From assembly GCA_012295275.1 (NCBI GenBank), contig CM022679.1, positions 12,400,001 through 12,464,000 on the forward strand: 64,000 nucleotides of DNA, read 5' to 3'. Of the stretch, positions 55,913 through 64,000 are shown one piece after another. Each line of letters starts with the position of its first letter. Position 1 is the first letter of the stretch. Position numbers and translations under genes: made by a program. The notes beneath the pieces are model-generated. The model saw only the letters and a program-made list of their open reading frames with translations, was not told the DNA's origin and did not search any database. Source of the stretch: Chrysomallon squamiferum. Lineage: Eukaryota > Animalia > Mollusca.

Positions 55913-58182
55913 TGTAGAGTACTAGACTTTCAACTCGATAGCTCTTGTTTATACATGGTAAGGATGGATGTGAATATTTACATGAAACTAACTGAAAAGA
56001 GTATTACATAAAACTGCTCAAAAGAGACTTCACAAACCAATATTACGATTACAGTCTAGCAGCTGAATCTTACGAAGCGTGCTCATTACACTTTGCATTG
56101 CCATCACTTCAAAACTTTTCCATTTCCATCCTCGATCCCAGAAGCATTTGGTATCTGTGATTATGCACATGACAAATATTCCTTGCAGCCAATCTTGAAT
56201 GCTTGAATTAACTTAAGATAATGGCTGATATAAATAATTAACAGTCCTTTGACAAACATTAATGTCCAAACACTTGCAGTTACTTGATATATAATTTAGT
56301 TACTTTTTACCATGGGGGATTCTTGCGCAGATTTCCAAAAGGTTTGCGAAAGAGAGTGCTTTCTGAAAAAAAAAAAACAGTCTGTTATATAATTGTCTTT
56401 AATTACCAGCACCACAATGATGATGATGGTGATGGTAGTAATGAGATGATACTGATGATCGTGGCTGGCCTTGATAATAAAAAGAACGATGGCAATGGCG
56501 ATGGTGATGATTTCTTAACAGCTGCGCAACAAGATCTGAAATTCAAGAAGCAACACGCCATATGCTGTACAGGTCGTGTTATAATTTACGAAATGAGAAA
56601 TATATTGCTTATTGATAACGCATTGTGTTAGAAGAATTCATCGTGAAAACTTCATCGATATTGATCCAGTTGTTTATGACCTTTCATTCCACGGAACCAT
56701 AATTCCCCAGGACTAAAACCCCAAATTATTCACTATGATAATCCCAGCATATTGTTAATAATTTAATCAGTTTCTGCTACTGACAAAACCCGATTTCACA
56801 TTAGAAGTCCGAGAAAAGTCGTCGGCCAATTAATCCTCGGGACACAGATATCAGTGTTATCCTTACTCCTCAGATCGATGTATTTAGCGAGTTTTAGAAA
56901 ATACGTAATTTTGTACTCGAGTGTTTTCCTCGGAGAATAACCGTCATATCACAGTAATGACTTCTGAAACTCGCCAACACGACATTAAACACACCATCAT
57001 GAGCGAAGGCATGGATAAGGCGATTAACAATTATCCAAGAACGTGCAGAAAAGGCCGTGATATCTGGTTCACAAAGTGGAGAAAAGAAATTCTAAGAAAA
57101 ATAATCTTTGTCCGGTCGTGACTGGAGATAAATTATTTTTAAAGAAAAAAAAAAAATAAAAATAATAAACAATACATATTAAGACTCACGCACACACACA
57201 CACAGAGGTATTCAAATATAACTGCCATTTTAATGACTGTAATTTGTTGTGAGAAAAATAGTTTTGCTACTATTAATATTGCTATTGCTACTGCAACTAC
57301 TAATGGTGCTGCTGCTGTTTTCTGGTAGTATTACTACTACTGCTAGTGTGCTTCTTTTACCACGAGTACCAATGCTCTTACTATTTTATATTATTTATTT
57401 ATTTATTATTATTATTAACTTTTTATATTATCATCATCTTATTACAGCATAATCATAGCAATAGTTTTAAAAAAAAATATTTAACTGAAGAATATGATAT
57501 GTATATATATATATACATGTATAAAGAGAATGACAGAGAGCTAGCTATGCATTATACATCAAGATGTTGTTTGCAAATTTACAATGACAGAACACAACAC
57601 AAACAGTTCCTGCGTGGTTGGCTGGTTCACTGCAGATAAAGAATCGACCCTGTGGTTCATTAGTGCCGGTTCCTAGACATGCGGTCAGGTCTGCACTGAA
57701 CAGGTAATACAGGAATGAATAGCACAAGTAGCAGATTGGCAGGTGTATAAGCATATCTTTCCCTAAGGCTTGTTATTTTAAATGAAATGTGCGGTACGTC
57801 CTCCTTTTAATCAATTCATCACGCTTCAGCCACCTAATACCTCGAAGTGTCGAACAAGTGGATACCATACAAAATTAACACAGGATGCTCGATAGGTGGC
57901 GCTAGGTATATGTGAAATTGGTGGCATGGATGGCATAGGTGGCATTATTGGCATGGGACTCACTGCTCAAGATGTAACATACATCGTCTGATGAACATTT
58001 TGTATAGGCGGGATAGTTTAGTGACCATAATACTTAGTTTTATAAATTAAATATTTTATAATATTGTATTAAAATTGCCGTATCATATAATACTGTAATT
58101 TATCTGCGTTATGCTATTAAAATTACAGTGTTAAAACACTAAATATAATATTACCATTTTAAATATTTTCATAATAAGAGAT

Positions 58183-58236
58183 TTAGATATCAACGGACTT
58201 TTCCATGTTTGTCCGTTAAATCGAGGATTTACTGTA
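58183..58236. mobile_element. Solo terminus of a Tc1/mariner-pogo-type DNA transposon or MITE
   Basis: gtccgttaaatcgaggatttactg|ta (reverse complement TA|CAGTAAATCCTCGATTTAACGGAC) with an adjacent inverted subterminal copy (gatatcaacggac). No partner end found. Confidence 0.45.
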
Positions 58237-58520
58237 TTCGGATATCAGGCCAAGCAGACGAAAGGACGAGCACAGTAATAAACCGGGGGTTGTCTTATAG
58301 CTGATAACAGAGTAAGGAAGCCAGTTAGGAAAATAGCCAACAACAAACACAAGATTAAAGATAAAAGAAAAGAAAAGGTAGGGGAAAAAAACAGGTTAAA
58401 TGTCATGACTGAAATATTACTTTGGAACTAGCTATATTAACGATATCGGATTTATCGTTACATCCTGTAGAGTAAAAAAATCAAAAAATTACTTCAGACT
58501 TAACATTTGAAAAAATCAGT

Positions 58521-58885
58521 GAAAGTGAAATGTGATTTGATATGGAAAACTGCAAAAACTGGATTTAATTTGAAATACTGAAAAAAATGCTTATGTTATG
58601 GAATGCTGTAAAAAGTGGGTTTAATGTGGAATAATGTAAAACGTCGGTTTAATAAAAACTACTGTAAAATGTGTGTTTTATAAAACATATTGTAACATGT
58701 GGGTTTTATAAAAAAAAATAATACTGTAAAAGGTGGGTTTAATATCAAATAAATACTGTAAAACGTGGGTTTAATATCAAATACTGTTGGCATAATTTAA
58801 ATATTGTAAAACGTGAGTTTAATAAGAAACACTGCAAAAGATATTTTTGTATGAAATACTGCAAAAAGAGGGTTTAACATAATAT
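58521..58885 (+). repeat. About 28-bp degenerate minisatellite (about 12 units)
   Basis: Consensus actgtaaaacgtgggtttaatatcaaat. Confidence 0.88.
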
Positions 58886-60371
58886 ATTTTATTTCACATT
58901 TAAACTGATGAAAAGTGGTATTTCGTGTAACATGCGAAATTATTTGAGAAGTTACATTCTGCTAAAGATTATTAGTAAACACTTGCTACCATAAATCATT
59001 GAACTGAATTCAAATAACTAAAAACTTCAGCAATATTTTATAAATATAAATTCACCTATTACAGTAGTGAACTATTTTTCAAATTGATTTCGTAGCACCC
59101 CGAATATTCAGAACGTTTTATGCTACATTTAGTTTGGTATTAGTTCATTGAATATGGAAGTATATATCTCTATAGTTTTGCTTCAGTGATTAAATTGTTC
59201 AAGCAAATTAATGAAACTACAGACTGAGAGTACTAATGATCATAAAATATTCGTGGGATCATCAATCCTTCTGAATTCTCGGGGTGCTTCGAAAACATTT
59301 TTTTAGCTCCTGAACTGATAAAAATATTAAGATAATAAATAAAAGAACAGCATACATGTACTGCCACGTTACACACATCATAACTGAAGACATGATTTAT
59401 AATACAAATTATACCCATATCTCAATACACCGTGATTCTAACGGTTATATTAATCACACTGTTGTCATTTAATGATTATAATGTAAATATATGAACTAGT
59501 GGACTACCATAGAATAGTAACAAGGAATCGTTTATTCAAACCTTTCTGCGGATCAAGAAGCACAAAATTAGTTTCTGAATTAAATTTTGTGACACTGGCT
59601 GAAACGACAAATAGCGTTCGACAGTCGACAAGAAACCTATATAACATACGGACATTAGTCTCGGTTTTCAGAAGTGCTCCCTAACAGCCATTTAATCTGC
59701 ACTTATTTTCTCTCATTTGGCTCCTACATTAGATTAGTCTGCGCTGTATCTTGGCGAAAAATCCGTTCCTGGCAGTTCCATAAATATTTAATACATTCAC
59801 TTTAGAAAGGACATCTGTGTTAGACGCTAGGTATTTAAGTTATATCTATTCTTAACAGACCTCACTGAAACTGAATAATGTATTTTCTTTTTCTTTTTTT
59901 TTTTTCTATTCTATAATAATAATAATAATAATAATAATAAGGACGACCGAACCAACATACCAAATAGACGTCTGAAAATCCGTCCAACATTTAACGTAAT
60001 GCAGATCTCAGCCACAAGAAATAACATAAAACAACGCGCTCTGGCTGTTTAATGAGAATAGTAAAATAGGTTTTGTCTGTATGGAGTTATTCACTCCAGA
60101 AGCATAAAGCTAAGAAACACGAATTGATATCCCCACCTTGTCTGAGTGAACAGTCTAAACAGAAACAATGTCTCTGTGTAAAAGAAAGGAAAATGAAACA
60201 GAAACAAAAGCCAGTATTAAACCGAGAAAATGAGAAAAGAGAAAGAAATATAAAGATATTCCCATATGGACCGTCCAACAGATATCATAAATGAGCTTGA
60301 GAAAAAAAAAAAAAAAAAGAGAGATAGACAGTCACAGAGGCAGAAAAGATAAAGACATAAATAATAACGAG

Positions 60372-60443
<72 letters not shown>

Positions 60444-60447
<4 letters not shown>

Positions 60448-61653
60448 GGATTCTCACACGTGAAATACTAAAAGCCATGATCCTGTCAGTATTGTTTGTT
60501 CATCTTCATAATATCCAAGATCAGATTTTCATTATTACAGTAAACAGTGTAAATAAATACCTGAGCGTAGATGAAATGAAAGTCCGTCAAAGAACTCTTT
60601 AATGTTTCGACGGTATCTTCATCACAGAGCTTCATTAACCGATTTTTCTAGGTTGTACGTTATTTATCTTTATATCGCACGAGCGCAAAAGAAATTAATT
60701 TACTTTGTATCATTTTGAAACGTCTTTGATGATCGTTATAACGTGTTAATTGACAGTTTGTATTTTTTTTTTTTTTTTTTTTTATTTAAAAACTTAAAAT
60801 AAGCTAATACAAAAAATAATATTTCAGATGATAATTATGGTCGTGTGAACTTTGATATAACCAGTTTGTTTCTAATCCATGAGTGCCAATGAACTCATAA
60901 ACTATACGCACGTGTATTGTCAATGTCATTACACAATTACCCGAGAAAACTAGAATAAGACCAGCAAACATCGAACTCCATTATCTAGTCGTATTTCAGC
61001 AACACAATCATTTATCTGTCAACATCATTGTGATTTTGTTGTTTGAATAACACTGCAACGAAATAATATTTCTATGCCTTTTGGATATGTATTTAAATTT
61101 TCATGCGTTAACAGAAATTTCAATTCTCGAAAGAATATTGCTCTTTTTTTGTTTTTGAAAAGGACATTATTATTTATGATGTTACCTTGTATCTTCAACA
61201 CTTTGTGGATAATTGAATATCGCACTTGCGTGATGACAGTAGCGTATTTCAGAAATGTTTCCTTGCTTGGTTCCTGGCTTATAGATTAAAACAATTCTTC
61301 AAACTCATTCCATTAATTTGTTATGAGTCACGCGATACGTTGTAGAGAAGTATGTTATTTAATAATACCAACTGTGTACAAACCTACCTTACTGCCTTAC
61401 CTAATTTAATGAATGTACATATTATTAATAATAATAACAAGAAGAATAAGAAGAAAAAAACTAGAAGAACAAGAAGCACCAGAACCAGAACAAGAAGACA
61501 GCATTAACAGACTGAAAGGTGAATCTATTCATCAGTATGGTTTAATTAAATAAATAATACAAATATATTTGCATTCTCCATTTGATATGTATATAAAACA
61601 CATCTCTAATAATTAAATTAAATATTCATGAGAGTGATTGTCTATGGCTATCA
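60444..61653 (-). repeat. 1.2-kb segment, copy B (probable donor of copy A), abutting (GA)n at 60375-60442
   Basis: Reverse complement of 19748-20943 with scattered substitutions; carries 10-nt and 8-nt segments that copy A lacks. Confidence 0.97.
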
Positions 61654-63488
61654 TGCGCGTTATTTTGATTAAATTAATATATAGGAATATAATTATGTGT
61701 GAGTGTGTGCATTACTGAAAGTTTGTTTAGATTCTAGACAAGTTCACATGCACTTACTGCAGTAATAATCACAAGTCACTGCGTATAAAAGTGTGACTGG
61801 CACTGATCTTTAAGCAGAACGCAGACATGCAAACTAACAATGATGATGGAAATATTATGGATGTTGATCTCAATAAGAGAAGTTTATGTTCAAATATGAT
61901 TATCGTGGGCAGAAGCGCCGATTTCGCTTGAGAATTCTGACAAAAGCAGAATAAAAGATTTACTTTGTAGGCCTGAATAGATATTAAACACTCTCGATCT
62001 CAGCACACACACACACACACGCACTCACACACACATAAACACACGCAAGCACGCGCACGCACACACACACACATTCATTAATATTTTGTATCGGTTTCTT
62101 CTGGGGAGAGAAGAAAACTCGCAGCGAATAGTTCACATGTCAGAGACGAATATTTCACAGTTCGTCTGAGATACACAATCATGTTCGAAATATATGCTCG
62201 ACCAGGGAGGAGTATATCTTGTATTTTACTTGACTACAACTGGTAAAACTCTAAATTCTATACCGACAAATAGTATTTGCTACAGTGGAAGCAAATAGCA
62301 AGCGGCGTTATAAAAAAGAGAGTTTAAAAAAAAAAAAAAAAAAAGCAAGTGAGGTAATAATGTGTACATTTAAACAGCCCGGCTGTGTTTATTCTGCTGC
62401 TTTTAAGGATATTTTACAGTGATTCCGTGACGTCACAGCTATAGGATAAGGTTAAGTGTTGCCTGCAATCCCCATATGTGTTGTTAACTGTAAGTCAGGC
62501 GTCCGTGTGTGTTTAATAAGCTACTGTCGAAACCGTCGCCATTGGCGTTTTGAAAGCATGTTGTCAAAGGTTGTCATGACATTACAAGATCTCAGTAATG
62601 GTGTTATCAGAAAGTAATTTAAACTACAAATACAGTCTACAGCAGGATCATATTGTTCTGTAGGAAACGTAGTTCAGAACAATAACAACAACAATAATAT
62701 TAATAATAACATTAACAATAAAAACAACAATAATAACAATAGTAACAACAGAAGTAACGACAGCAAGAGCACCATACTGTTTTCTTTTCCTGTTTTTTAT
62801 TTATTCATTTATTTATTTATTTCCATATTTTGTTCGTTTAATAATGAGTGAAGTGTGAAATTACAATTTTATACCTAAAGAATAGAATAAATAGAATAAA
62901 TGGAATAGAATAATAAAATAATAGTAATAATAATTTTAAGGTCCACATTTTATCATATCTGTATTCATTTCAGATTCACTTAAGACGAATTCCAATGATA
63001 ATTCAGCCAACAACTCCTCTCAGTTAATCCAACCAAAACTAAAGAATCTATCACAGCAGAAAATCTTAAAATCATACCTTTTCATCTCATTTCTCCGGAA
63101 CTTCATCACACTGGTTAATGTATTTTATTTATAGTGATGATAAAATTAGGCTTCTCTTCATTATTTCTTCGTTTATATTGCTGCATCAGTATGCAGTATT
63201 TTGCATTTAATGACTCCATTTCATTGCATAGTCTGTACATTCCTACACAGTCTGTAGATTTCAGCCAACAGCTTTTTAAAATCTAGTTTAATTTATTTCA
63301 GTCTCAAAGTTTCACTGCTTCTTTGCGTTTCGAATATTAATGATCACTTTTGTTACTGAAAATTATTAATTTGATGTTATAATTAAATAAATTACAAGCG
63401 ATATGGCACAGACGTTTGTTATCTAGTTTTTTAAATAATAGATATGGTTAAAGTTTTTGGATGTGTCTGTATTTATTTATTTATTTAT

Positions 63489-63602
63489 TTAGTTAGTTCG
63501 TTAGATAGTTAGTCAGATAGTTTGTTAGTTTTTATATTTATACTATTAGTTAGTTCGTTAGATAGTTAGTCAGATAGTTTGTTAGTTTTTATATTTATAC
63601 TA
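63489..63602 (+). repeat. Perfect 57-bp tandem duplication
   Basis: ttagttagttcgttagatagttagtcagatagtttgttagtttttatatttatacta, two copies. Confidence 0.95.
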
Positions 63603-63606
63603 CTAC

Positions 63607-63642
<36 letters not shown>

Positions 63643-63697
63643 ATATTTTATTTTTATTTTTGTCTTGACAGTAATGAACATGTTTCATTAGCAATTT

Positions 63698-63790
<93 letters not shown>

Positions 63791-64000
63791 ATTCATGTTT
63801 GTATGTTTTTGCGTGCATGTTTTTGCCTGCAAAAGTCAAAGAAAAATTGAAAAAACTGTTAAGAGAGTTTAATAATAGAAAAGTAGAAAAGATGGAAGAA
63901 AAGAAATAACGACGAGAAAGACAGAAAAAACCCAGATATAGACAGAGAGACCAACAAATACAGATGAGAGATGATATGTATAATATCAACTTGTTTGCAC

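Noticed and set aside
57919-57958. GGMDGIGGIIGMG reading resembling an Hsp60 GGM tail
   Set aside because: No upstream chaperonin-like sequence or exon context; explained by the 9-bp repeat.
60291-60602. Identical peptide (TRILTREILKAM...RQRTL) in two ORFs, suggesting a duplicated gene
   Set aside because: Explained by the DNA-level inverted duplication; the N-termini are microsatellite and there is no recognisable domain.

Overview
AT-rich, microsatellite-dense eukaryotic (animal) DNA. SINE remnants suggest a mollusc, but that is an inference. Almost all ORFs in the supplied track are simple-repeat artefacts. I can support one protein-coding gene: a three-exon minus-strand gene (coding exons 51225-51171, 24048-23887, 8407-8190; introns about 27.1 and 15.5 kb). 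It encodes a 144-aa protein with a signal peptide, 10 Cys and a GPI-type tail, of the invertebrate Ly6/uPAR (quiver/sleepless-like) group. An intact tRNA-Thr(UGU) lies about 1.9 kb upstream. Three structures stand out. (1) A 1.2-kb inverted copy of the 60.4-61.7 kb segment sits in intron 2, flanked by a ~180-bp direct duplication and joined through (CT)n microsatellites; the two copies bracket exons 1-2 but not exon 3. (2) A 1.33-kb nested palindrome lies next to the exon 3 acceptor, and its loop is an inverted copy of a nearby minisatellite. (3) The stop codon is in a leaky UGA-C context followed by a 37-codon open extension. I see no firm evidence of a new biological system. These are testable oddities, and their functional interpretations are speculative.
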